From contig JBILLS010000001.1 of NCBI GenBank assembly GCA_044375955.1, forward strand, positions 189,942 through 253,941: a DNA stretch of 64,000 nucleotides. Reading direction: 5' to 3'. Source of the stretch: Candidatus Nanopelagicales bacterium. Lineage in GTDB: Bacteria; Actinomycetota; Actinomycetes; S36-B12. Below, in pieces: positions 16,675 to 25,160 of this stretch. A program made the position numbers and the translations under genes. The first letter of the stretch is position 1. Each line of letters starts with the position of its first letter. The notes under the pieces were generated by a model. The model was not told where the DNA came from, did no database searches, and worked only from the letters and a program-made list of their open reading frames with translations.

Positions 16675-17529
16675 TCAGTTCTCCGACGTCGTGGAGGGGC
16701 TGGAGGTTCCCACGGCGGCAGCAGCCGCGGTCTCCTCGCGGTGCCGACGCAGGGAGGACCACACAACCCAGATGCCGAACAGGGTCAGTAGGGCCGTCAT
16801 GTACTGGGCCCCGGTGAGTCCGTAGAGCCGCTCGTCGTTGATGCGCACGAAGTCGGTGAGGAAACGCGCGATCCCGTACATGATCGCGAAGCTGCCCGCC
16901 ATCACGCCCGCGGGCACGTTCTTCTTGTCGAGGTAGAGCAGCACCAGGATGATCGGGATCAACCACAGGAACTCGTAAAGCGCAGCGTTGTGGTACGTGA
17001 CGCCCACTTCGAGCGGGCCCTCAATGACGGTGCCACCGGTGTAAGTCCAACCGAGGAAGAAGTCGGTGGGACCACCGAGGTGCTCACCAACCGCGACGCA
17101 GCCGAGTCGTCCGATCATCTGGCCGACCGCGAGACCCAGCACTGCGCCGTCGAGCAGTTCCCAACGCCGATCCTTCGGCCACTTACGCGTGAACAGGGGA
17201 GCGAGCAGGACCGCGGTGACGAACCCGCCGGTGAACTGCAGTCCGCCATCCCACACCGCGATGACGTCGATCGGGGATTGGATTTCCTCCAGGTGGGTGA
17301 CAACCCAGAGCAAACGCGCACCGACGAAGCCGATGCCGACGAGGATGAGCCCGACCTTCTCGGTCTCCGAGCGGGGGATTCCGTACCGCTGGTTACGCCG
17401 CGCCGCGACGTAGATGCCGACGATCACACCGATCGCGACGAACAACCCGAAGGTCATCAGGCGCAGGGGGCCGATCTCGATCGCGGGGAACGTGGGGAAC
17501 GAGATACCGGCCGCGATGCTCATCATCAC
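16675..17529 (-). CDS. lgt: Prolipoprotein diacylglyceryl transferase
   Basis: 284 aa, polytopic. Lgt blocks VWDGGLQFTGG, GQMIGRLGCVAVGEHLG and YEFLW. Confidence 0.9.
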   Translation of the reverse strand: MMMSIAAGISFPTFPAIEIGPLRLMTFGLFVAIGVIVGIYVAARRNQRYGIPRSETEKVGLILVGIGFVGARLLWVVTHLEEIQSPIDVIAVWDGGLQFTGGFVTAVLLAPLFTRKWPKDRRWELLDGAVLGLAVGQMIGRLGCVAVGEHLGGPTDFFLGWTYTGGTVIEGPLEVGVTYHNAALYEFLWLIPIILVLLYLDKKNVPAGVMAGSFAIMYGIARFLTDFVRINDERLYGLTGAQYMTALLTLFGIWVVWSSLRRHREETAAAAAVGTSSPSTTSEN

Positions 17530-17594
17530 TCCAGGGTAGGGGGCCGTCCCCGTGGCGGCGCAGGCCCAGTGCGGGACCCGGGTGGGTCAGTTGC

Positions 17595-17711
17595 TCAGCG
17601 GCAGGTGCACTGGCGCTCAGGCGGCACGTTCGCCATGACCTCGGCCGCGTGCTCGCCACAGCCGGTCCATGTGACTTTGCCGCAGGAACGGCACTGGGCG
17701 GGGCTACACAT
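17595..17711 (-). CDS. Unlisted 38-codon Cys-rich protein
   Basis: My own translation: MCSPAQCRSCGKVTWTGCGEHAAEVMANVPPERQCTCR (6 Cys). Strong SD, gAGGAGtgacgATG. Confidence 0.55.
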   Translation of the reverse strand: MCSPAQCRSCGKVTWTGCGEHAAEVMANVPPERQCTCR

Positions 17712-17731
17712 CGTCACTCCTCATGCTGCAC

Positions 17732-17779
17732 GGTGTCACCATCGAAGTAATCAGCATACCCCATGGGGTATGTGACACC
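17732..17779. promoter_or_regulatory. Nested inverted repeats (terminator of the upstream gene and/or operator)
   Basis: Perfect 18-bp palindrome cataccccatggggtatg (17755-17772), flanked by 8-bp arms ggtgtcac (17732-17739) and gtgacacc (17772-17779). Confidence 0.4.
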
Positions 17780-17809
17780 TGATCATCGGGCGCACCGGAA
17801 TCCTCGCCG

Positions 17810-19612
17810 TTACGGATTCACCCGATAGAAGTAGCGCTCCTTCAGCGGTCCGTACTCCCCCTTCTTCGGTGCCCGCACCAGCACCTCGACACCGACCGGC
17901 TGGTCAGCGTCGACGTCGATGAACGTTCCCTGGGAGTTCACGATGACCGAGCAGCGCGTCCCCACCACACCATCGGCGGGAGCCAGGCGGAGGAGCAGCG
18001 CGCAGGATGCGGTGACCGTGGCGGATTGCTTCGCATTGGTCTTGAGTGTCGCGGGTGCGAAGCGCGTCATGCCCAGCTCGAGTGACTTCGGAGCCTTCCA
18101 GCGCGTGATCACCTTCTGCTCCTTACCGACGACGACGTCCACCGCGACTTCCTTCGTGGCGCCTTCCGGCGTGGTGATGATCACGATGATGCGTTCTTCA
18201 CCCCGGAAACCCGGATCGGGCGTGAAGATGACTTCGCCATTGCGGACTTCCGCGGTGCCGTTCTTCGGCTCTTCGACATCGGTGATGGTTGAACCCGGCG
18301 GAATGTTTGGAATGGCGTTGCGGTCGATCACGGTGGGTCGATCCGCGGGGACTTCTTCAACGGTGTTGGTCGGTGTCGGGGTCGGGCTCGCGGTGGGGGT
18401 CGCAGTGGGGCTTGCCGTCGGTGACGGAGACGCAGTGGGAGTCACGGTCGCTGTCGGTGATGCGGTCACGGTGGGACTCGGAGAGGGACTGCTGGTTGTT
18501 GTGGGAGACGGGCTCGCCGTGGGCGTCACCGATCCGGTGGGTGATGCAGTGGGGCTCGCGGTCGCCGTTGCGGTGGGACTGGCGGTCGGGCTTGCCGACG
18601 GCGATCCTGTGGGTGAGGAAGTCACGGTGGGGGAGGGTGACGCGCTCGATTGGAAACTCAACCGCTCGGTTCCCACTTCGCAGTTGTTGTTCAGGATCGA
18701 TGCGCCGGCGGGCCAGTTCAATCCCTTGAAGCCCTCGAACGGCGGGATGATGTCGCCCCAATTGGGAGCCGGGAACAACCCACCGGTGTGCGAGTCATGA
18801 CCGTTCCGCTGCGTCACGGACTGCGTGCTGACCGTGATCTCGTTGTAGGGATTGCGCGTGCTGCTCGTCGCGTGGCAGATCACCACCTTGCCTTCGGGAG
18901 CTTTGGGAATCGTCGTTTCCGTCGGATCCGGGTCAGGTACATCGGCCGTGGTGATGATGTCTGCGGCGATCCACAATTGATACTGCGGGAACCCGCTACG
19001 GCGCACCTGCGTGAGCGTGATCGACTCCACCTCTTGTGTCGGTGACATCCAGATCGACGCACCATCGGTGTCGCTGCCGTTTCCGATGACGGTGCTCGTC
19101 GTCGCATCCCAGCGCGGGATGTCCGTGCCGGTCGCGGTGTAGTTGAAACCATCGTGCACCCAGTCGTTGGCGTCGACGGTCCGGCCCGACGGCGTCGTGC
19201 CGCTGACCACCACGTCTTCGGCATCGACGTCACCGAGAGCGAATGCCCATGTCCCGGGCACCGGTGGTGAGTCAAAGGTGATCGTGAGTGTGCCGCGGGG
19301 CTTTCCGCTGGCGATCGCACTGGAGAGGTAGGTCTTTCCCGTCGATGATCCGAAGTACGCGCCGAACTCGGAACGCGTGGTGAGTGTGGCACTCCTCGCG
19401 ACTGAGAGTGATGCATCGGTCGATGTGAAGGTGGCACTCGGGAAGATCGTTCCGCTGAATGTGATGAACCCGTTGGTGGGCGGTGAGTTGACCGCGAACT
19501 CCCCGTAGGCGCCGGTGCCGTCGGCCGCGTTCGACAGCGGCATGAGGGCGAGCGTTGCTCCCGCACTTACCGCGGTTGCAGCCAGGAATGTGATCAGGGT
19601 GCGCGACTTCAT
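17810..19612 (-). CDS. Secreted surface protein with Pro/Thr/Ser-rich linker
   Basis: 600 aa. Signal peptide ...MPLSNAA. Conserved-looking block VVICHATSSTRNPYNEITV...GHDSHTGG...DIIPP. A 96-aa SPT linker, then Ig-like C-terminal modules. Confidence 0.65.
   Translation of the reverse strand: MKSRTLITFLAATAVSAGATLALMPLSNAADGTGAYGEFAVNSPPTNGFITFSGTIFPSATFTSTDASLSVARSATLTTRSEFGAYFGSSTGKTYLSSAIASGKPRGTLTITFDSPPVPGTWAFALGDVDAEDVVVSGTTPSGRTVDANDWVHDGFNYTATGTDIPRWDATTSTVIGNGSDTDGASIWMSPTQEVESITLTQVRRSGFPQYQLWIAADIITTADVPDPDPTETTIPKAPEGKVVICHATSSTRNPYNEITVSTQSVTQRNGHDSHTGGLFPAPNWGDIIPPFEGFKGLNWPAGASILNNNCEVGTERLSFQSSASPSPTVTSSPTGSPSASPTASPTATATASPTASPTGSVTPTASPSPTTTSSPSPSPTVTASPTATVTPTASPSPTASPTATPTASPTPTPTNTVEEVPADRPTVIDRNAIPNIPPGSTITDVEEPKNGTAEVRNGEVIFTPDPGFRGEERIIVIITTPEGATKEVAVDVVVGKEQKVITRWKAPKSLELGMTRFAPATLKTNAKQSATVTASCALLLRLAPADGVVGTRCSVIVNSQGTFIDVDADQPVGVEVLVRAPKKGEYGPLKERYFYRVNP
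18362..18649 (-). repeat. Low-complexity (S/T)P(T/S)A coding repeat (aa 322-417 of the surface protein)
   Basis: SPSPTVTSSPTGSPSASPTASPTATATASPTASPTG...TPTASPTPTPT. Imperfect repeats at the DNA level. Confidence 0.8.
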
Positions 19613-19712
19613 GGGGGGTCACGGTAGTCACCCGCACACGGAGCTGATCACCCCCGTCCGAGAGACGTCCCCGGCTGCGGTCACACGCATCCCAGGGGAG
19701 AATGTGGGGATC

Positions 19713-20963
19713 ATGAACGAGATCGGCACGGATGTCCTCGTCGTCGGTGCCGGTCCCGCTGGGTCCGCCACCGCAGCGTGGTGCGCCCGCTACGGACTCG
19801 ACGTGCTGCTCGTGGATGCGGAACAGTTTCCCCGCGACAAGCCCTGCGGTGATGGGCTCACCCCGCGGGCGATCGCGGAGCTCCAGGCCCTGGGACTGTC
19901 CGAGTGGCTCGAGGGTCGTGCCCGCAATTTCGGCCTGCGCGCGGCCGGGTTCGGACAGGAGCTGTATCTGCCATGGCCGGGGGGAAACCTCCCGGACTTC
20001 GGTGGTGCGGCCCCGCGCCTGGAACTCGACGACGCCATCCGCACGGTCGCCCTGGAGTCCGGTGCACGCTCGATGGAGGGGTATCGCGCGACGGATGTGG
20101 TGATCGAGAACGGTCAGGTGCGTGGTGTCGTGTTCGCGACGGCTGCGAAGGAGACGGTCACGATCACCTGCCGCCGGCTCGTGGTGGCCGACGGTGCGCG
20201 ATCGCAGCTCGGGCGCATGCTCGGTCGTGAGTGGCATCGCTCCACTGCCTACGGCGTCGCGGCCCGCGCCTATATCAAGTCCCATCGCAGCGACGATCCG
20301 TGGATCTCCTCGCACCTGGAACTACGCGGGGAGACGCATGAGCTGCTTTCCGGATACGGATGGATCTTCCCGCTCGGCGACGGTGAAGTGAACATCGGTG
20401 TCGGAACGTTGGCCACCGCCAAGAACCCGGCCGATGTCAACCTGCGCTCCCTGCTCACCCACTACGCGTCGCAGCAGCGCGAGACCTGGGAACTCGAGGG
20501 TGACGTGCGGGCGCCGTGGTCGGCGCTGCTGCCGATGGGTGGTGCGGTCAGTGGTGTCGCGGGACCGAATTGGGTGCTCGTCGGTGACGCAGCCGGGTGC
20601 GTCAACCCGCTCAACGGCGAGGGAATCGACTACGGGCTCGAGACCGGCCACCTCGCGGCGCAACTGATTGCGTCCACGATTCCGAATGCCGCCCTCAACT
20701 ACGACGATCGCTGGCCATCCATCCTTCGCGAGAACTACGGCCTCGCCTTCTCCATTGCACGTCGTCTGGCGACCCTGCTGACAGTCCCCGGCTTCCTCAC
20801 CACCTTCGGGCCGGTGGGGATGCGTTCGCGTTTCCTGATGACGATCGCGCTGCGCGTGATGGGCAACCTGGTGACCCCCGAGGACCGGGATGCCACCGCA
20901 CGGCTGTGGCGCACGGCGGGACGGGCCAGCATCCGGTTCGACGACCGGCCACCCTTCAGTTAG
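19713..20963 (+). CDS. Geranylgeranyl reductase family FAD-dependent oxidoreductase
   Basis: Internal ATG 19713 of ORF 19515..20963. DVLVVGAGPAGSATA dinucleotide-binding motif, PRDKPCGDGL, GDAAGCVNPLNGEGI. Confidence 0.8.
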   Translation: MNEIGTDVLVVGAGPAGSATAAWCARYGLDVLLVDAEQFPRDKPCGDGLTPRAIAELQALGLSEWLEGRARNFGLRAAGFGQELYLPWPGGNLPDFGGAAPRLELDDAIRTVALESGARSMEGYRATDVVIENGQVRGVVFATAAKETVTITCRRLVVADGARSQLGRMLGREWHRSTAYGVAARAYIKSHRSDDPWISSHLELRGETHELLSGYGWIFPLGDGEVNIGVGTLATAKNPADVNLRSLLTHYASQQRETWELEGDVRAPWSALLPMGGAVSGVAGPNWVLVGDAAGCVNPLNGEGIDYGLETGHLAAQLIASTIPNAALNYDDRWPSILRENYGLAFSIARRLATLLTVPGFLTTFGPVGMRSRFLMTIALRVMGNLVTPEDRDATARLWRTAGRASIRFDDRPPFS

Positions 20964-20975
20964 GCCGCCCCTCTC

Positions 20976-20993
20976 GTTATCACTTCTGATAAC
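20976..20993. promoter_or_regulatory. AT-rich perfect palindrome, candidate operator upstream of the XRE regulator gene
   Basis: GTTATCA-cttc-TGATAAC in the intergenic region, 64 nt upstream of ATG 21057. Confidence 0.35.
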
Positions 20994-21056
20994 TTCCTAG
21001 AGCCGGGGCACCCGCGGGTGTTGGCGGCCCCGCACATGGGTCATCGGGGGTACGGC

Positions 21057-21500
21057 ATGGTTCTCCGCTTCCGCAACGTGGACGCAGATCCGAGTGACCC
21101 TGTGCGCACGTGGCCATATGAAGCTCTGGTGACAGCAATCGAACGCGGCCTTGTGCCGGACTGGCTTCCGATCTTCGACGAGTTCAAGCGAGACCCGTGG
21201 GGACCTGTCTCACGCAAGGTCGAGCGCTATCTGTCCTACGCACCGAAGAATGGTTTCACAACACTGTTCCGTCTCGCGATCGATCGTGCGCGTAGCAATG
21301 CCGAGAAGCGCGAGCGAGCTGAAGTCGCCGAACGGGTGCGGAAAGCAATCGCATCGAGCGGTCTCACAGCAGCGCAGTTCGCAGAAAGAATCGGAACCTC
21401 GGCGTCGCGGTTGAGCACCTACGCCACGGGATCGGTCATGCCTTCCGCACACATGCTTGTCCGCGTCGAGTATGTGGGGCGCAGAAGCCGCAGGGACTAG
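21057..21500 (+). CDS. XRE-family HTH protein with unknown N-terminal domain
   Basis: Internal ATG 21057 (ggggg SD-like run upstream). C-terminal HTH LTAAQFAERIGTSASRLSTYATGSVMPS. Confidence 0.6.
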   Translation: MVLRFRNVDADPSDPVRTWPYEALVTAIERGLVPDWLPIFDEFKRDPWGPVSRKVERYLSYAPKNGFTTLFRLAIDRARSNAEKRERAEVAERVRKAIASSGLTAAQFAERIGTSASRLSTYATGSVMPSAHMLVRVEYVGRRSRRD

Positions 21501-21871
21501 AGCGCCCAGTCCTCGGTCAACGACTCCTCCTGCAGCGTCATCCGCAGCGGTTGGGTGCGCAGCACCGCTGGGGGTGAGGCCAGGAGCGGGGGCATCGACT
21601 GCATGAGGCCGGCGAATCCGCTCGACGCACGGTGCGCCTCTTCCGCGTCCTCGTCCTTGAACACCTCGAATAACCACACCAGGTTCACGTCATCCGGGTC
21701 GATGGAGATCATGAACACCTCGGTGCCGGGTTCCTCACGGAGGCCATCGGCGTAGGTGTTGAGGTGATCCAACAGCGCGGGCCGCATGCCGTCGTTCGCG
21801 TTCAGGCGCACCAGCAGGGATCGCCGCCCAGGCAGCAGGATCTGCGTCGGCTCCTCATCGAAGTCCGCCAT
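21497..21871 (-). CDS. Antibiotic biosynthesis monooxygenase (ABM) domain protein
   Basis: Internal ATG 21869-21871 of ORF 21497..22138, 1 nt after the fcl stop. MADFDEE...EPGTEVFMISIDPDDVNLVWLFEVFKDEDAEEAHRAS. Confidence 0.6.
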   Translation of the reverse strand: MADFDEEPTQILLPGRRSLLVRLNANDGMRPALLDHLNTYADGLREEPGTEVFMISIDPDDVNLVWLFEVFKDEDAEEAHRASSGFAGLMQSMPPLLASPPAVLRTQPLRMTLQEESLTEDWAL

Positions 21872-21872
21872 G

Positions 21873-22838
21873 TCAGTGGGTCCGCATCGGAAGTGAATCG
21901 ACGTTGTCGACGTACCAGGCGTAGGTCGATGCCACACCGTCGCGCAGGGTGATGGAGGGCCGCCAGCCGAGGGCGTTGATCCGTGAGGTGTCGAGCAGTT
22001 TGCGCGGCATGCCGTCGGGCTTCGACGAGTCCCACTCGATCTCACCCTCGTATCCGATGACCGAGGCGACGGTCTCGGCGAGTTCGCGAATGGGCAGATC
22101 ATCACCCCAGCCCACGTTGATGGTCTCGGGTGAGTCATAGCGGTCGATGAGCATCAAGCAGGCGTGCGCCAGGTCATCGACGTGCAGGAATTCCCGGCGG
22201 GGGGCACCCGTTCCCCACACCGTCACGCTCGACGCGCCACTGACCTTGGCCTCGTGGAATCGACGGATGAAGGCGGGCAGCACGTGCGAGGACTGCAGAT
22301 CGAAGTTGTCATTCGGCCCGTACAGGTTCGTGGGCATCGCGGAGATCCACCGATGCCCGTACTGGGTACGGAACGCCTCGATGTAGTAGATGCCGGCGAT
22401 CTTGGCCATCGCGTAGGCCTGGTTGGTCGGCTCAAGTGGACCGGTCATCAGTGATGATTCCCGGATCGGTTGCGTTGCGTGACGTGGATAGATGCACGAC
22501 GACCCCAGGAATAGGAACCGATCCACTTTTGCCTCGTGCGCTGCATCCATGACGTTTGTCTGGATGAGCATGTTGTCTTTGAGGAAGTCGACCGGGTAGG
22601 TGGAGTTCGCCATAATCCCGCCCACGCGTGCGGCGGCGTCGATCACGACGTCGGGCTTGGCCTCGAGGATCGCGGCGAATGTGGCATCGCGATCGCGCAG
22701 GTCGAGTTCGGAGGATGTGAAGCCGACGACCTCGCCCGCACCGGCGGCAGTGAGCGCACGAACCAGCGCGGAACCTACGAGACCACGGTGACCGGCCACG
22801 TAGACCTTCTTGGTCGACCAGTCAAATGTGTCGGTCAC
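21873..22838 (-). CDS. fcl: GDP-L-fucose synthase (GDP-4-keto-6-deoxy-D-mannose 3,5-epimerase/4-reductase)
   Basis: 321 aa, GTG start. KKVYVAGHRGLVGSAL Rossmann motif, SSCIYP, YAMAKIAG (YxxxK), NLYGPNDNF. Confidence 0.9.
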   Translation of the reverse strand: MTDTFDWSTKKVYVAGHRGLVGSALVRALTAAGAGEVVGFTSSELDLRDRDATFAAILEAKPDVVIDAAARVGGIMANSTYPVDFLKDNMLIQTNVMDAAHEAKVDRFLFLGSSCIYPRHATQPIRESSLMTGPLEPTNQAYAMAKIAGIYYIEAFRTQYGHRWISAMPTNLYGPNDNFDLQSSHVLPAFIRRFHEAKVSGASSVTVWGTGAPRREFLHVDDLAHACLMLIDRYDSPETINVGWGDDLPIRELAETVASVIGYEGEIEWDSSKPDGMPRKLLDTSRINALGWRPSITLRDGVASTYAWYVDNVDSLPMRTH

Positions 22839-22913
22839 TATCGCCTATTCCCTCGGAGTCGCCTTCATCCTCGCATAGTTCACGGGAGGTACGGCCTACG
22901 CTAACCCTGGACG

Positions 22914-24350
22914 GTGACCCGGTGCACTCGAGCACTGCCAGCGGCATCGGAGGTGAGCACACTGGAAGTGAACCGAGGGCTTCGCTACCTCATCCTTGTC
23001 TCCGATCTGATCATCCTGATCACCGCTACGTTCATTGGTTTCGTCACGCGCTTCTCGGTTGCCGAACTCAACACGAGCCTCACGGGCGAGATCCAACTCG
23101 TGGGGACCCTGATCCCGCCGCTCTGGATCATCATGCTCGTTCTTGTCGGTGCTTACGACACTCGAGTTCTCGGGCTCGGCTTGAGTGAATACGGGCGCTT
23201 GATCAAGTCGGCGCTCTGGATGGTGGCGATCGTGTCCCTGGTGAGCTTCCTGGGCAAGTTTGACACCTCGCGTGCCTACGTGCTGATTGCCATCCCTCTG
23301 GGCCTCCTCGGCCTACTGATCGAACGGTGGCTCTGGCGACGTTGGATCCTCCATCAACGTAACCGTGGCAGGGAACTGCAACCGACCATTGTCGTGGGAG
23401 ATCCTGATGAGCGCGGCCGCATCGCGGATGCGCTCGATGATCGACCGTGGGCCGGCTACAGGGTGGTCGGCACGATGACAGGTCCAGCGACGGATCGCCC
23501 CACCGATGTCGATCTGTGGATCGACGAGTTGCTCCGGGTCGTGGATGAGAAGCGGGCGACGTGTATTGCACTCACCAGTTCGACGAACATCGGCAGCGCA
23601 GACGTCCGCGAGTTGAGTTGGCGGATCGAAGGGAGGGGTATCGACCTGCTCATCAGCTCTTCCTATGGCGCTATCACGGGACCCCGGCTGAGCCTCCGCG
23701 TCGCGACGGGTCTTCCCTTCATGCACCTCGACGAGGTGGGCCTCTCTGCGACGGAGCGTGGCCTGAAGCGGTTGATGGACGTTGTAGGCGCTGGAGCCCT
23801 CGTGATCGTGCTGTCGCCGGTGTTGCTCGTTATCGGACTCCTGATTCTGATCACGTCGGGCAGACCCGTCCTGTTTATTCAGCAGAGGGCGGGATTCCAA
23901 GGTGAGTTCTTCAATATGCTCAAGTTCCGAACGATGGTTCCCGATGCCGAAGACCAGCGTGAAGGCTTGCGTTCGGAGATGTCGGAACAGGGACCCACGT
24001 TGAAGTTGAAGGCGGACCCGCGCGTCACGCCCCTCGGAAGGTTCCTCCGACGCTGGTCCCTGGACGAGTTACCCCAACTGTTCAACGTCCTCGGTGGGTC
24101 AATGAGCCTGGTGGGTCCACGCCCACACCCCATCGACGACGTTGAGCGGTATCGGGAGGGGGATACGCGCCGCCTACTCGCCAAGCCTGGGATGACAGGT
24201 ATGTGGCAGGTGGCGGGACGATCGGATCTCAGTTGGAAGGACGCGGTCGAACTTGATCTCATCTACATCGAGAACTGGTCCCTGTTGGGAGATCTCACGA
24301 TTCTCGCGCGCACTTTGCAGGCTGTCGTGAGTCGCCGGGGCGCCTACTAG
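22914..24350 (+). CDS. Polyprenyl-phosphate glycosyl-1-phosphate transferase (WbaP/CpsE-type priming enzyme), copy 1
   Basis: 478 aa. N-terminal TM block. C-terminal bacterial sugar transferase domain PVLFIQQRAGFQGEFFNMLKFRTM...DELPQLFNVLGGSMSLVGPRP. Start uncertain (GTG 22914 or a downstream GTG). Confidence 0.85.
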   Translation: MTRCTRALPAASEVSTLEVNRGLRYLILVSDLIILITATFIGFVTRFSVAELNTSLTGEIQLVGTLIPPLWIIMLVLVGAYDTRVLGLGLSEYGRLIKSALWMVAIVSLVSFLGKFDTSRAYVLIAIPLGLLGLLIERWLWRRWILHQRNRGRELQPTIVVGDPDERGRIADALDDRPWAGYRVVGTMTGPATDRPTDVDLWIDELLRVVDEKRATCIALTSSTNIGSADVRELSWRIEGRGIDLLISSSYGAITGPRLSLRVATGLPFMHLDEVGLSATERGLKRLMDVVGAGALVIVLSPVLLVIGLLILITSGRPVLFIQQRAGFQGEFFNMLKFRTMVPDAEDQREGLRSEMSEQGPTLKLKADPRVTPLGRFLRRWSLDELPQLFNVLGGSMSLVGPRPHPIDDVERYREGDTRRLLAKPGMTGMWQVAGRSDLSWKDAVELDLIYIENWSLLGDLTILARTLQAVVSRRGAY

Positions 24351-24360
24351 GGTCCTGCGC

Positions 24361-25053
24361 GTGTGGTTTCGCACGAAGTCTCCATTACCTCCCGGCAAGT
24401 ACCGGATGGGCGGCGCGCACTTCAAGGACGACGCCGAGTTCATCCGCACTGCCGTCGCCGATGTCACGCGCCTGGAGACATACGCCGGGTTGACGCGTGA
24501 CTCCGCCCTGCTGGATTGGGGCTGTGGTGCGGGGCGGCTTGCGGTGGGAGTCCGCGAGAAGTTCGGACGCATCCGCGATTACCACGGTGTCGATATCCAG
24601 CCGGAGCTGATCGGGTGGGCGTCGAAGCATCTGACCGCGCCCGGATTCCGGTTCACCCTCATCGATGTCGCCAACGAGAGATACAACCCCGACGGCACCG
24701 CCGAACGCACGATTGGAGCGCAGCCGGATTCTGTCGATGTGTTCTACGCCTATTCCGTTTTCTCCCATCTGAACGACGTCGACACCCCGGCCTACCTCCA
24801 CCTCATCGCCCAGGCGCTCACCCCGACGGGGAGGGCGTTCCTCACCTGCTTCGTCGAGGAGGGTGTGCCGGCGTGGGAGGAGAACCCGGCGGGGTACGGG
24901 CCCCTGGAATGGAAGGGCCGGCTGCACTGCACCCGGTTCAACAAGGACCATTTCGAGGAGCACGTGCGCGCGGCGGGATTGCGGGTGGAGCACTTCGAGC
25001 ATGGGGGAGAGACCGACGGCCAATCCCTCTACGTGCTCGCCCGTACCGCCTAG
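24361..25053 (+). CDS. Class I SAM-dependent methyltransferase
   Basis: 230 aa. Motif I LLDWGCGAGRLAVGV. Confidence 0.7.
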   Translation: MWFRTKSPLPPGKYRMGGAHFKDDAEFIRTAVADVTRLETYAGLTRDSALLDWGCGAGRLAVGVREKFGRIRDYHGVDIQPELIGWASKHLTAPGFRFTLIDVANERYNPDGTAERTIGAQPDSVDVFYAYSVFSHLNDVDTPAYLHLIAQALTPTGRAFLTCFVEEGVPAWEENPAGYGPLEWKGRLHCTRFNKDHFEEHVRAAGLRVEHFEHGGETDGQSLYVLARTA

Positions 25054-25094
25054 TCCGCACACCCGAATCCGAACACCCCTGCGGAACCGTGGGT

Positions 25095-25110
25095 CGCTCC
25101 CGCGGGAGCG
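25095..25110 (+). terminator. Perfect 16-nt GC palindrome after the methyltransferase gene
   Basis: cgctcccgcgggagcg, followed by ...ggctagtttcgt. Confidence 0.4.
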
Positions 25111-25160
25111 CCGCCGGTTCGGCTAGTTTCGTAAAGCCACTTCTACGTGAGGATTTCCCC

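Noticed and set aside
18362-18649. Repetitive DNA that might be a CRISPR array or VNTR
   Set aside because: It lies inside a long ORF and encodes an SPT-rich linker. The repeats are short, imperfect and have no spacers, so this is not a CRISPR array.
19272-20315. 347-aa minus-strand ORF
   Set aside because: It is antisense to the geranylgeranyl reductase gene, which has an FAD-binding motif. It has Arg-rich low-information composition and no start context.
24516-25160. N-terminal 215 codons of ORF 24516..26411
   Set aside because: This part overlaps the methyltransferase gene in another frame and is Arg/Gly-rich. A clean signal peptide begins at ATG 25161, after an intergenic hairpin.
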